Positions 10,492-20,468 of a stretch of 64,000 bases of DNA are shown here, piece after piece. Within the stretch, counting starts at the first letter, position 1. Every line of letters begins with the position of its first letter. Source of the DNA: Trueperaceae bacterium (GTDB lineage Bacteria; Deinococcota; Deinococci; Deinococcales; Trueperaceae); NCBI GenBank assembly GCA_965213925.1, contig OZ243927.1:1632001-1696000 (forward strand), read 5' to 3'. The translations under genes were made by a program, and so were the position numbers. Below the pieces are notes generated by a model that was given only the letters and a program-made list of their open reading frames with translations, ran no database searches and had not been told where the DNA came from.

Positions 10492-11487
10492 ATGTCGGAC
10501 GCTGCACAACCCTCTAAACTCGCCATCGTCGGCGCAGGCGCGTGGGGCACGACGCTCGCGGTGCTGCTCGCTCAGGTCAACCCGGAGCAAAGGGTCATCC
10601 TCTGGGCGCGGCGCTCCGAATTTGCCGAGCAACTCCGCGAAGCGCGCGAAAACCACGTATATTTGCCGGGCTTGCCGCTACCTGCGAACGTATACGTCAC
10701 CTCAGCTTTAGAAGAGGTCGCGGGCGCGCAAACGTTCGTCGTCGTACCGAGCAAGGGGCTCCGGGCGGTGATGGAAAGCTTGCCCTCTGTTCCCGCGCTC
10801 ATCTGTTGTGCGAAGGGGCTGGAACTCGGCTCGTTCAAACGTTTTTCTGAGGTACTGGGCGAGTATCAGCCGGGCGCAACGCTCGCCGCGCTCTCGGGTC
10901 CCAACTTGGCGAAAGAGATTGCGGCAGGGTTGCCCGCCTCGGCGACGGTAGCGTCAAAAGATGCGGGCTTAGCGCAAGAGGTCCAACAAAGACTCTCCGG
11001 TCCGACCTTCCGCGTCTACACGAGCCGCGACCTCATCGGCGTCGAGGTCAGCGGGGCGCTCAAAAACGTGATCGCGTTAGCCGCGGGGATGTGCGATGGG
11101 CTCGGGCTAGGCGACAACGCCAAAGCGACCATCATTACGAGAGGTCTCGCCGAAATCGTGCGCTTAGGCACGCATTTGGGCGGCGATATGCCGACCTTTT
11201 ACGGGTTGGCGGGTTTAGGGGACGTCGTGGCAACTTGCTCGAGCCCCGGCTCCCGCAACCACACCGCCGGGGAGCGGGTCGCTAAGGGTGACACCCTGGC
11301 GGACTTAGAGCGCGACAAGCTCAACGCGGAGGGGATTCCCACGGTGCGGGCGGTGGTCGCTTACGCTCAGAAAGAGGGGCTCGAGCTGCCGATCTCAAAA
11401 GAGGTCTACCGCGTCGTGTTCGAGGAGAAGTCGCCCCGGCAAGCCCTCCATGACCTCATGACGCGGGGGACGAAGGCGGAGTGGTGA
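10492..11487 (+). CDS. gpsA: NAD(P)H-dependent glycerol-3-phosphate dehydrogenase
   Basis: GAGAWG, LSGPNLA, GALKNVIA, GLAGLGD, SRN motifs. Confidence 0.96.
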   Translation: MSDAAQPSKLAIVGAGAWGTTLAVLLAQVNPEQRVILWARRSEFAEQLREARENHVYLPGLPLPANVYVTSALEEVAGAQTFVVVPSKGLRAVMESLPSVPALICCAKGLELGSFKRFSEVLGEYQPGATLAALSGPNLAKEIAAGLPASATVASKDAGLAQEVQQRLSGPTFRVYTSRDLIGVEVSGALKNVIALAAGMCDGLGLGDNAKATIITRGLAEIVRLGTHLGGDMPTFYGLAGLGDVVATCSSPGSRNHTAGERVAKGDTLADLERDKLNAEGIPTVRAVVAYAQKEGLELPISKEVYRVVFEEKSPRQALHDLMTRGTKAEW

Positions 11488-11500
11488 GCGGTTGCGGGTA

Positions 11501-11549
11501 GCAAGGGGTTGAAGCAAGGGGTTACAACCCCTTGTTGGTGCCCCTTGTT
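11501..11549. repeat. Nested palindrome between convergent genes (REP-like or bidirectional terminator)
   Basis: CAAGGGG...CAAGGGGTT-AC-AACCCCTTG...CCCCTTG. Confidence 0.55.
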
Positions 11550-11609
11550 AGTGAAGGCTGCTTTCCGCATGAGATGAACCTCATTTGCTCGAGCTGCGTT
11601 TAGGTATGG

Positions 11610-12332
11610 TTAGGCACGGTTCTCCGCGTACCAGGCGCAGATGTCCGTCAGTGGACATTCTGCACATTTGGGCGCTTTCCATACGCACACCCTTTGACCG
11701 TGGAGGAGCAGCGCGATATGAAAGTTGTAGAGAATGTGCGGATTTTCCGGTAGGAGCTTCGCGAGCGGTTTGTGCGCCGCCGTGGACGACCTGACCTTCC
11801 CAGAGATGAGCCCGACGCGCTGGCTGACGCGGTAGACGTGCGTGTCTACAGGAAGAATGGGTTTGCTGAAGCAGAAGAGCAGAACGAGCGCCGCCGTTTT
11901 GATACCGACGCCGGGGAGCGCGGTGAGCCACGCTAAGCCCTCGTCTACAGGTAGGTCTTTCAAAAAGTCGATCTTCGCTTCGCCTCGCTCCTCCATAATC
12001 TGCGCCAGCGTCTTCTTGATCTGCGGCGCTTTCACTTCGGGATAGTTCGAGGGCGCAATAGCCTTGGCAAGTTCCCCTTCCGGCGCGTCCCTTATCCCCT
12101 CCCATGAGCCGAAGCGCTCCCACATCCGCTTGTAGGCAAGCTCCTCGTTCGCCCACGTTGTGCGCTGCGATAAGATGGTCGAGATGAGTTCGTGCAGGGG
12201 GTCACGGCGCGGGGTGAGGTCGCGCTCACCGTAAGTTTCGACTAAGCGGGTGTAGACTTCTCTGGTCGTTGTGTCGCCGATGGTTTGCGCAGACTGCATA
12301 GGAGTAGCTTGCCGAGAAATGCTTGTAGTCAC
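11610..12332 (-). CDS. nth: Endonuclease III-family HhH-GPD DNA glycosylase with [4Fe-4S] cluster
   Basis: TILSQRT, LPGVGIKTA, PVDTHV, C-x6-C-x2-C-x5-C. Confidence 0.88.
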   Translation of the reverse strand: MTTSISRQATPMQSAQTIGDTTTREVYTRLVETYGERDLTPRRDPLHELISTILSQRTTWANEELAYKRMWERFGSWEGIRDAPEGELAKAIAPSNYPEVKAPQIKKTLAQIMEERGEAKIDFLKDLPVDEGLAWLTALPGVGIKTAALVLLFCFSKPILPVDTHVYRVSQRVGLISGKVRSSTAAHKPLAKLLPENPHILYNFHIALLLHGQRVCVWKAPKCAECPLTDICAWYAENRA

Positions 12333-12401
12333 AAGGGGTAGGGCTGCTTTTACGCGATCAGCTTACGAAACGTTTTGCGGGGAGAGCGGTACGCTAGAGG
12401 T

Positions 12402-12671
12402 GTGGCGAAGTTTGAATATATCCAGCTCGAGGTCGTTCCGGGCAGGGGTGGCGACCTCTCCGTTCTTCTGACCGAGCGTGACGGCATAGACCGCTTCGCG
12501 ACCTCTTTTGCCAATCTCGTTCCCTTCTTGAACGAACTCGGCAGTGACGGCTGGGAGGTCGTAGGGATGCTGCCGACGAGCAGCAAGGCGAAGGGTCGCG
12601 TCTATCAGGGGGTCGAGGCGGAACTCGAGGTCGAAGGCCGCGCCTACTTGCTCAAGCGCGAAATTCCTTAG
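12402..12671 (+). CDS. Small hypothetical protein (DUF4177-like)
   Basis: KFEY...LNELGSDGWEVV...YLLKRE pattern; probable GTG start after GAGG. Confidence 0.65.
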   Translation: MAKFEYIQLEVVPGRGGDLSVLLTERDGIDRFATSFANLVPFLNELGSDGWEVVGMLPTSSKAKGRVYQGVEAELEVEGRAYLLKREIP

Positions 12672-12934
12672 AATAGATATGAGATGCTCGCTCAAATAGC
12701 TTTGTCTATTGTTCCCGGAATCATTATTGCGATTCTGACCTCATACATCAGAGTGCGCAAAGCGATGCGAAGCAACTCACTCTATGAGCTACTGTTGCTA
12801 GGCAGCAAACTTGCGTAACTGGCACGTATGTTCGGAGATGAAATCCCGCTAGCCTGTACAGGCTGAGACCTGCGACAATCTGTTTCAGTCTATTTTGGAA
12901 TTGCTAAGTGGAACCCGTTGAGAGGAGCTACCCT

Positions 12935-13297
12935 ATGATCGCAGTTGCCAACCGAATCTTTGTGAACCCCGACTACGCCGAGGCGTTCGAGGCGCGGTTT
13001 CGTGACCGCGCTGGGCTCGTTGACGAGATGCCCGGCTTTATCTTCAATCAGGTCTTGCGTCCGAGCCAGCCTGGAGACCCCTATATCGTCATGACCTACT
13101 GGGAGTCGCACGAACATTTCAAAGCGTGGACGGAGTCCGAAGCGTTCAAGCAGGGTCACGCGAAGAGCGGGTCACTGCCCAAAGAGGCGTTTTCGGGGCG
13201 GAACAAGTTGGAGATTCATCAAGTCATCCAGGACTCGCGCGAGCCGGACTTGGTGCCGGAGCCGCCTTTAGAACTCGGCGAAAACGTGCATGGGTAG
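12935..13297 (+). CDS. Antibiotic-biosynthesis monooxygenase family protein (IsdG/HmoA-like)
   Basis: MIAVANRI...FEARF...MPGF...YWESHEHFKAWTESEAFKQGH; GAGGAG RBS. Confidence 0.88.
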   Translation: MIAVANRIFVNPDYAEAFEARFRDRAGLVDEMPGFIFNQVLRPSQPGDPYIVMTYWESHEHFKAWTESEAFKQGHAKSGSLPKEAFSGRNKLEIHQVIQDSREPDLVPEPPLELGENVHG

Positions 13298-13378
13298 GTC
13301 TGAGCCCGCCAATTTGCAGACGACCTCCTAATCTGCCTATCCTCTTTTACTTAAAATCGTAACTAAGGAGGGCAAGTT

Positions 13379-13594
13379 ATGGCAGACCATCTAAGCAGCG
13401 ACCCGTTGGAGAGTCCGGCAGCCTCGAGGCAGTCCTACAAAATCCCCGAACTCGCTAAGGAACTCGACGCGACCGAGGAGCAGGTCAAAAAATGGATACG
13501 CGAGGGCAACATCGAAGCGATGTCGGATGAGGAGCACGCCGAGTATCACGCGGACACGATCGAGCAGCTCCGCGCCATGCAAAATAGCGGTTAA
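13379..13594 (+). CDS. Small MerR/excisionase-type HTH protein
   Basis: YKIPELAKELDATEEQVKKWIREGNIEA; AAGGAGG RBS. Confidence 0.7.
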   Translation: MADHLSSDPLESPAASRQSYKIPELAKELDATEEQVKKWIREGNIEAMSDEEHAEYHADTIEQLRAMQNSG

Positions 13595-13622
13595 ACTCCA
13601 CCTTTAAGACCGGTAGGACAGA

Positions 13623-13661
13623 CGGCGCAGGGACGAATTTCGAACCTTCCCTGCGCTGTTT
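13623..13661 (+). terminator. Probable intrinsic terminator
   Basis: GCGCAGGGA...TCCCTGCGC stem followed by TGTTT. Confidence 0.5.
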
Positions 13662-13799
13662 ACGAGATGAGATAGAAGCTCGAGCTTTTTGGCTGTCACA
13701 TCAGAACGCCTGGCGTTCGTATATTTTGCATACTGATGTGAAGAATCCTTGTTGAATTGCCCAACAACTTCTCAAACTCCGCGTGATAGCATCATCTTT

Positions 13800-14609
13800 A
13801 TGTCAATGAGCGTTCAGGCTCCCGAAGAGGATGTCGTTACCGAAGAAGCTATACTAGATGATGAAGTCGAAGTCGCCAACAGAGGCCCCTCCCTCTACGC
13901 GACAGGCTTGATGAAGAAGTACGGCGGTCGCACCGTCGTCAAAGGCGTGGATTTCCGCCTGGAACCGGGCGAAATTGTGGCGCTTTTAGGACCGAACGGC
14001 GCGGGCAAGACGACCTCGTTTTACATGATGGTCGGGTTTGTCAGACCGAACGTGGGGCGCATCTTCTTAGGCGAAGAGAATATTACCACGTGGCCCATGT
14101 ATAAGCGGGCGCGGCGCGGGCTGGGGTATCTGGCGCAGGAGCCGAGCGCCTTTCGCAAACTCTCGGTGCGCGACAACCTCATGGCGGTTTTGGAGTATCA
14201 GAAGCTCAGCAAGCAGGAGCAGGAGCGGCGGGCGGACGAGCTGCTAGCGGAGTTCGGCTTGAGCGCCTTGGCGAACAGCCGCGCGGACACGCTCTCGGGT
14301 GGGGAGCGGCGGCGCTTGGAAATCGCCCGCAGCCTCACCATTGACCCCGCCTTTATCCTCCTGGACGAGCCCTTTACGGGCGTAGACCCCAAGTCGATCC
14401 GCGAGATTCAGCTCCTCATCGCGGATTTGCGCGAGCGGCGCGGGCTGGGCGTGCTTTTAACCGACCACAGCGTCCGCGAAACGCTGGCCATTGCCGACAG
14501 GGTTTACCTCATGTTCGACGGCAAAGTGCAGTTCGAGGGAACGCCCGAAGCGTTCGCTGAAGACGAGAACGTGCGTACCTACTACTTAGGCAGTGACTTT
14601 CAGCTCTAA
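13800..14609 (+). CDS. lptB: LptB-family ABC transporter ATP-binding protein
   Basis: [57 protein letters not shown]; start uncertain. Confidence 0.9.
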   Translation: MSMSVQAPEEDVVTEEAILDDEVEVANRGPSLYATGLMKKYGGRTVVKGVDFRLEPGEIVALLGPNGAGKTTSFYMMVGFVRPNVGRIFLGEENITTWPMYKRARRGLGYLAQEPSAFRKLSVRDNLMAVLEYQKLSKQEQERRADELLAEFGLSALANSRADTLSGGERRRLEIARSLTIDPAFILLDEPFTGVDPKSIREIQLLIADLRERRGLGVLLTDHSVRETLAIADRVYLMFDGKVQFEGTPEAFAEDENVRTYYLGSDFQL

Positions 14610-14657
14610 TTGTGCTAATTTCTAAGGGTTATTTAACGCTCTGAAAGGCTCCGCACT

Positions 14658-15971
14658 ATGCTCTACACTTTAGCGCTCTTCGCCCTACTCACCGCTCTGG
14701 CGGGCGTGATCGCGTATGCGGGCGACGTGCTTGGGACGACGGTGGGGCGGCGGCGTTTGAGCCTCTTTGGGTGGCGTCCTAAACGCACCGGGCAAGTGGT
14801 CGGGGTGACGGCGGGCATCCTCATCATGCTCTCGACTTTGGGCATTTTGTCGGTGGCGTTTCGCGGCGCGGCGGACGCGCTCCTCAACGCGCAGCAGGTG
14901 TCGCAAGAGTTGCGGGCGCTGACGAGGGAAAGAAATACCCTACAGGCTGAAACGGCGCGTTTGCGCGGAGAGATCGAAGCTAGCCGAACCCAACTCGCCG
15001 AAGCGCAAGACATCATCCAGAGCGCTGAAACGGCTCGGGACGACGCTCTAGCTGAAACGAGCCAGCTCCGCTCGACGCAGGTTTCGCTCAATCAGCAGCT
15101 CGGCACAATGCAGCGACGCGCGAGCAATTTAGGTGTCGAAGTCGGCAGTTTAGAGGCGCAGCAGGCTGCTTTAGAAGAATCGAACGAAACCTTGGAGAGA
15201 GAGAATCGCAGCTTGCAAGTTGCCAACGAAGGCTTAGCTGCCGAGAACGCCGCCTTTAGGGATAACGTCAATGAGCGGAGCAACGAGGTCGTGACGTTAC
15301 AAAATCAGCTCAGCGCGTTGCAGCGCGAGTCGCAGCGCCAAGCGCAGCGGCTCGTCGCGGCGCGCGAGCAGATCGAAGCGGTGCAGGGCGGGCGGCTCAC
15401 CTATCGGCGCGGCGAGATCGTCTACAGCCAACCCATCAGCGCGCAAGAGCCGGACGCGGTGCGCGAGTCGCTCGGCGCGTACGTCCAGGAGGCGAACCGC
15501 GCCACTGGAAGCCAAGGCGCGGGCGAAATCATCTTGCGCCGCGACCAGGTGGACAGCTTGACCGAGGCGCTCGTCGCCTCGCCGGGCGAAGACTTGGTGG
15601 TGCTCATCTCGAGCGCGGACCGTTTCGGTTTAGAGGACGTTCAGGTCGAGGTCGAGGCGTACGAAAACCTCAAGCTCTTGGAGAAGGGGCAGCTCATCTC
15701 GAGCCGCCAAATTTACCTGGGTTCAGAGGACGCGCCCGTAAGCCGCGACAACGTCCGCGCCGAGGTCGCCAGGCTGACGCAGGAGACGACGGGGCGTCTG
15801 CAGCGTATCGGGCTCTTCGAGCAGGTGCGCCCCGCACCGAGTCCGGCTGAATTCGACAGCTTCTCCTCTTGGCTGTCGCGGTTAGACGGAACTGTGGTGA
15901 TCGGCGCAGTGGCGCGAGAAAGCGTCTACGTCAACGGACCCGTCGAATTAGAATTCATCATCATGAACTAA
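14658..15971 (+). CDS. DUF3084-like membrane-anchored coiled-coil protein
   Basis: GVIAYAGDVLG...GRRRLSLFGWRPKRT N-terminus followed by a long coiled coil. Confidence 0.8.
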   Translation: MLYTLALFALLTALAGVIAYAGDVLGTTVGRRRLSLFGWRPKRTGQVVGVTAGILIMLSTLGILSVAFRGAADALLNAQQVSQELRALTRERNTLQAETARLRGEIEASRTQLAEAQDIIQSAETARDDALAETSQLRSTQVSLNQQLGTMQRRASNLGVEVGSLEAQQAALEESNETLERENRSLQVANEGLAAENAAFRDNVNERSNEVVTLQNQLSALQRESQRQAQRLVAAREQIEAVQGGRLTYRRGEIVYSQPISAQEPDAVRESLGAYVQEANRATGSQGAGEIILRRDQVDSLTEALVASPGEDLVVLISSADRFGLEDVQVEVEAYENLKLLEKGQLISSRQIYLGSEDAPVSRDNVRAEVARLTQETTGRLQRIGLFEQVRPAPSPAEFDSFSSWLSRLDGTVVIGAVARESVYVNGPVELEFIIMN

Positions 15972-16138
15972 CACGAAGTCTGTATGGCCGGATGTAAAGC
16001 GCGGCGAAGCCACCGAACCATCTTCCCGCGCCACTCGAGCCACGCTGCTTAGCATCCTGGTTCGTTAAGGGGTGACGCCCTTGCCCCGCGAAAATAGCGC
16101 CGCGCACAAACTTGTCCGCGCTCAGATTGCGCTATGCT

Positions 16139-16360
16139 TAGCATTTGTAGGTATCTTTGATGCACCTGTCAAAGATACCCGAGCGGAAAAGAGCCTTTAG
16201 CATAGGTGAAGCACATAGTGCTTTGAGCTTCGCTCTGACCTGTGAGGTAGCATCTTTGAATCTATGGGCGTTGACGTAATGTGCCGTGTACACCGGCTAA
16301 AGGCTTCTCTGCGAGTACCAACAAACGCTCTCAGTGTGTCAATAACGGATGCAAATGCTA
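16139..16360 (+). ncRNA. Candidate structured RNA or cis-regulatory leader, family not recognised
   Basis: Nested stems TAGCATTTG/CAAATGCTA, GGTATCTTTGA/TCAAAGATACC, GAGCG/CGCTC, AGCCTTTAGC/GCTAAAGGCT, GTGAAGC/GCTTCGC. Confidence 0.45.
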
Positions 16361-16398
16361 GCTAAAGGGGTATATCTAGGGCATTCGAAAGGAGAACG

Positions 16399-17250
16399 AT
16401 GCAGTTTTCTATGGTGAATGGTGAGATCGTCCAGGCGTCCAAAGCGCAGCTTCACGTGAGCGACTTGGCGCTTTTGCGCGGCTACGGGCTTTTCGACTTC
16501 TTCCGCATTAAAGAGGGCGTGCCCCTCTTTTTGGAGGACTATTTAGCGCGGTTTTACCGCTCGGCGGAAAAGCTCGGCCTAGACGTGCCTCTTTCGAAAG
16601 ATGAACTAGAAAGCCTCATCTTCAAACTGCTAGACGCAAACGGCGAGCGTGATTCGAACGTGCGGCTGCTCCTCACGGGCGGTTACTCGGACGACGGTTT
16701 CACCCCGGCCGAGCCGAACCTAGTCGCGCTGCAACACGCGCGCAAAGACTACGACCCCAAACTCTTCGAAGAGGGCGCGTCGCTTATTACACACGAATAC
16801 GTGCGCGACCTCCCCGAGGTCAAGTCCATCAACTACGCCACCGCCGTGCGGCTCATTCCCAACATGAAGCGGGCGAACGCGGTTGAGGTGCTCTATCACG
16901 ACGACGGCAATGTTGCAGAAACCTCGCGCGCGAATATCTTTATTGTCGATCAAGAAGGTACGCTCATCACACCCGCCGAAGGCATCCTAGAAGGCATCAC
17001 GCGCAAGCGCATCTTAGAGTTAGCGGAGGATATGGCGGTGGGGGTGCGGGCGGTGAGTTTAGACGAGGTGATGGGGGCTCGAGAGGTCTTTATCACCAGC
17101 ACGACTAAAGGGGCAATGCCTATCTCTGAAATCGACGGACAAACGATTGGCGAGGGTCGCGCGGGCGAAGTGACAAAGCGGCTCGGTGAGAGGTTCGGTG
17201 AGCGGGTTGAGAGGTACGTTCGGGCTCATCAGCTGGCTGCGACAAGCTAG
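16399..17250 (+). CDS. Class IV PLP-dependent aminotransferase (D-amino-acid/branched-chain/PabC family)
   Basis: DLALLRGYGLFDF, EVKSINY, ETSRANIF, ILEGITR, EVFITSTTKG. Confidence 0.92.
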   Translation: MQFSMVNGEIVQASKAQLHVSDLALLRGYGLFDFFRIKEGVPLFLEDYLARFYRSAEKLGLDVPLSKDELESLIFKLLDANGERDSNVRLLLTGGYSDDGFTPAEPNLVALQHARKDYDPKLFEEGASLITHEYVRDLPEVKSINYATAVRLIPNMKRANAVEVLYHDDGNVAETSRANIFIVDQEGTLITPAEGILEGITRKRILELAEDMAVGVRAVSLDEVMGAREVFITSTTKGAMPISEIDGQTIGEGRAGEVTKRLGERFGERVERYVRAHQLAATS

Positions 17251-17321
17251 GTTAAGCTTAGGTCGCTATCCATCCCCAATGCTCTCACTGAGTAGGGTGT
17301 TAGCCGTGAAGGGGTACAGAA

Positions 17322-17348
17322 AGAGGCTCGAGCTATTCTCGAGCCTCT
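17322..17348. terminator. Hairpin terminator downstream of the tRNA, convergent with the aminotransferase
   Basis: AGAGGCTCGAG/CTCGAGCCTCT perfect stem. Confidence 0.65.
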
Positions 17349-17355
17349 AAAGAGT

Positions 17356-17432
17356 TGGTAGCGATGGAGAGACTTGAACTCTCGACCTCACGATTATGAG
17401 TCGTGCGCTCTAACCAGCTGAGCTACATCGCC
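17356..17432 (-). tRNA. tRNA with CAT anticodon (elongator Met; Ile2 not excluded), intact with encoded CCA
   Basis: GGCGATGTAGCTCAGCTGGTTAGAGCGCACGACTCATAATCGTGAGGTCGAGAGTTCAAGTCTCTCCATCGCTACCA folds as a cloverleaf. Confidence 0.96.
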
Positions 17433-17500
17433 GTGCACCACGCGCTTTATCCGTTTCGTGTAACCACTTGCCCTCACGACTAGCGGGCTCACGATTGTCG

Positions 17501-17530
17501 AGTATAGCCCATAACGCCAGCAGTAGACAA
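17501..17530 (-). promoter_or_regulatory. Sigma70-type promoter of the tRNA, also duplicated at 49847-49876
   Basis: TTGTCT-N18-TATACT on the minus strand, about 70 nt upstream of the tRNA. Confidence 0.65.
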
Positions 17531-17851
17531 GTGGTTTTGCATCATCCACCGCTCAGCAGGTCAGCGCCCTTGGTTTGTTTGGTTTGTATTTCCAACTGAC
17601 CCGTTCAAGCCTCACCACCGGGGCACTTGCTCGGCTCCCTGGCGGTCGCTTGAGGTCGCAAGTACCCCGCTTCCGCTCCCGCTGGTCGCTCCAGTCGCTC
17701 CTTAGTCCATTAGGGTAGGGGTACTAGCCTAAGCCATGCTTGTTCACTCCGGCACACGAATATATTCGTGTGCCCTTTTTGCGTCCCTCACGAACTTTCC
17801 GACTTTACAAGACCCTGCCAATTGGGGTAGGCTCTAGGCCCAGGAGGAACC

Positions 17852-18160
17852 ATGCGGCGACGTTATCTTCGTCTTCACCCCAAGGTCAGAGCGCGTCGGG
17901 TAGGAGCGGTGTCTACTCCCAGACAGCCTACGCTACTCACCCCTTCGCCTGCGCCAATCTCCGCGCATTCAAGGACGTCTACTACTCGGAACAAGTACCT
18001 CAAAGCCTATGTGTCTCGCACCATGCACGAGCGCTTTCACGCCGAAGCCGCACGTCAGAACAAGACTATGAGCGCCTTGCTCCAGGAGCTAGTTGGCGAT
18101 TATCTAACCCAAATTGAGGTCCAAGAGCGCTGGTCAGCCCTGCGTAGCGCACCCAGATAG
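17852..18160 (+). CDS. Ribbon-helix-helix (CopG/Arc-like) DNA-binding protein
   Basis: KYLKAYVSRTMHERFHAEAARQNKTMSALLQELVGDYL; AGGAGG RBS. Confidence 0.7.
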   Translation: MRRRYLRLHPKVRARRVGAVSTPRQPTLLTPSPAPISAHSRTSTTRNKYLKAYVSRTMHERFHAEAARQNKTMSALLQELVGDYLTQIEVQERWSALRSAPR

Positions 18161-18221
18161 GTCCTACCGGCCCCATACAGCCTCGACATAGCAGGACGAC
18201 ATTACGAAAGGATCTAACATC

Positions 18222-18560
18222 GTGAATGACGCTCGAGAAATCAAGCGGCTGCAACGCCAAATTCTCGACTTGCAGGGAGACTTGAGTAGGCTGAAAACTA
18301 CCGTTGACACCCAGAAGTACCGCACCGAGAGCGACTTCGACACTCAGACTTACCTGATCAGCAAGCTGGAGCAGGACCTAAAGTGGTTGAAGCGTAAAGG
18401 TGATAGCTCCAGCCAACTATCTTTGGCTACCTCCTCTCGAGAGGTTAGGGGCATTTTTCAACACTTACCGGACCCTTTGCCCTTCTTCGCCGGAGTTCTG
18501 CTCGGCGTTGTGATTGCGAGCCTGCTTTTCATATTCGACATCGCTGCACGCGCCGCCTGA
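18222..18560 (+). CDS. Hypothetical coiled-coil protein with a C-terminal TM helix
   Basis: Heptad-like N-terminus; FFAGVLLGVVIASLLFIF. Confidence 0.55.
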   Translation: MNDAREIKRLQRQILDLQGDLSRLKTTVDTQKYRTESDFDTQTYLISKLEQDLKWLKRKGDSSSQLSLATSSREVRGIFQHLPDPLPFFAGVLLGVVIASLLFIFDIAARAA

Positions 18561-18740
18561 GTTGCGCTTTGCCTGCCCGGATCGAGATGATACCCCCGCT
18601 AGGACTCAAGCCGTGAGAGATGGGCGCACGGCTTCCAAGAACCTTGAGCCCATTCGCCAAAAGAAAAGCAAGTCCAGTGAGCAACAAGAAGAGTAGGTAG
18701 TTTGAGTGTTACGCGCGATGAGTGGTGGAGCCTACGACAT

Positions 18741-19604
18741 CTACGAGATCAGTTTGGAAGGGTGTGCCGCCAGGTCATTAGCGATCTGGCGGGCGATGAT
18801 ATGCGCGTCCTCATAGTCAAGCGTTTCGATCCCGTCGTCACGCAGCAGGTGGAGCAGTTCGTCCGTCTCGCCCGCTTCTACTAGATTGGAGGGATAGTAG
18901 CCAAGCACGGCGAACTTGGCGTCTTGGTAGACGGTATCCAAGCCCGAGGCGCTCCGCACGTCCCGCGCGGTCATGCGGTAGCTCTGCACCGTCCCGGAAG
19001 TTTTCTCGGTGCCCGTAAAGGGGATGAGCTGGTAGTAGTGCATAACGTCGTTCTGATACGCGAAGTCGATTTTAGGTGCAGGGACAGGCGGCTTGACGTC
19101 CTGCTTGACCTCAGGACGCTCGAAGAGCCCAGCCTGTCTAAAGACGCTGCTAACCTGCTTGCGCATGGCTTGGCGCGTGACGCGCAGTCTCTTCGTGCCT
19201 TCTTCAGGGACCGCGACGAACTGGTGAAACAGCTTCTCCAAGGTTTCCTCTGGGTTGGAGGTCAAGGCGGAGCGCGGCTCGCTGAGTTGGATGTTGTTGT
19301 GATAAAAAGCTCTCAGTCTATGAAGCCCTGAAGGGGTCAGGATGCCTTCTGGAGAGACTCCCTCTTCGATAAAACTATTCAACTGCTTATGGTCGAACGC
19401 ATATCTGAGTTTCGTTAGCGCGTGCCTCACGAAATGCCCATCCCAGTTGCTGAGCGCCTTAGCCCTGCTGTCATCGCCGAAGCTCGGCAGGTAACGCAAC
19501 CCTTGAAACCTCGTCTCAGGGCACACGAGAATAACTCCCACGTTGACAAACTCTTCGCGGAGCATGTTGGGTATGTAGCGGACTACTGCGTATAGTGCAC
19601 GCAT
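18741..19604 (-). CDS. DUF3037-domain protein (usual partner of HipA-like kinases)
   Basis: YAVVRYIPNMLREEFVNVGVILVCP; IQLSEPR; KIDFAYQN; start set at the ATG at 19604. Confidence 0.82.
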   Translation of the reverse strand: MRALYAVVRYIPNMLREEFVNVGVILVCPETRFQGLRYLPSFGDDSRAKALSNWDGHFVRHALTKLRYAFDHKQLNSFIEEGVSPEGILTPSGLHRLRAFYHNNIQLSEPRSALTSNPEETLEKLFHQFVAVPEEGTKRLRVTRQAMRKQVSSVFRQAGLFERPEVKQDVKPPVPAPKIDFAYQNDVMHYYQLIPFTGTEKTSGTVQSYRMTARDVRSASGLDTVYQDAKFAVLGYYPSNLVEAGETDELLHLLRDDGIETLDYEDAHIIARQIANDLAAHPSKLIS

Positions 19605-19736
19605 CCTCTTCACAACCACTATGTTACCTTTGGTGTCCTTTTGCAACCTCCTCGCCAGGTGTTCAGGCAGTGCCCTGACCCTCTGAGATAGGTAGTTTAG
19701 CAGGGCTTCTGCGTTGGGAAACCGCGCCGATTCAGC

Positions 19737-20201
19737 TCATACAACATCGAATGATAGGTTTATCTTGAGTGTTACCGTCTCTGTTTGCTTTGCGAGACCC
19801 TCATCGGGCTCGGGCATTTCTTGGTGATTCTCTTCCAATGGGGGACCTTCGTTTTCGGCTGCATCAAGCTCTTCCAGAGCAGCGGAGATGTTGGCTTCGG
19901 TGGCTTTGCCATACACGATAACCCCGAACCTTATGACATCGGTGATGTCTTGCATGGAGTTGTAGTCGGGGCGTCTCGTGGCGTAGGCGCTCACAGCGGC
20001 GATCATGGTGACTGTAAGCTGACGCGCGTCGAGCGGTACGAGTCCAGGTGTGTTACTGTTCAAGGTCCAGCCCGCGAGGTTGAGGGCATAGTCTGCTGCA
20101 AAGGCTTCTAGCGGCTCTAAGTCCATGAGTTCCACAACTTGTCTAGCATTCTGAGTACGTTCCATATTTATATTCCCTTTCCAAAAGCTGATCTCAGACA
20201 A
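19737..20201 (-). CDS. Hypothetical protein
   Basis: 154-aa ORF with no recognised motif. Confidence 0.5.
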   Translation of the reverse strand: MSEISFWKGNINMERTQNARQVVELMDLEPLEAFAADYALNLAGWTLNSNTPGLVPLDARQLTVTMIAAVSAYATRRPDYNSMQDITDVIRFGVIVYGKATEANISAALEELDAAENEGPPLEENHQEMPEPDEGLAKQTETVTLKINLSFDVV

Positions 20202-20468
20202 CTCCAGTCATCCTTGGGTGCGGCTTTTTCTGGCTGTATTTCGCTGCATCTCCGCAAGTGCACACGGCGGGGCTACATAACCTCTTTTCCGGGCTTCGAC
20301 CTTATCCAACCTACATCTTCAAGTGTTTCGAAGCCGGTCATGGCGCTTGTGTTTGCTAGAGGCACGTTCGTGTAGGTCGAGCCAAACCTGTTTACGCTAT
20401 GCTTCCCTGGCTGCTCCTTCGTCGGCGCACGCGAGGTGGCTGTATAGGTTCTATGGAGCCGTGCCCTC

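Noticed and set aside
13379..13594. Excisionase of the island
   Set aside because: Lies about 4 kb outside the att site among core genes; no link visible
16139..16360. T-box or known amino-acid riboswitch
   Set aside because: No T-box (TGGNACC) or lysine/glycine/SAM consensus seen; kept only as an unclassified RNA candidate
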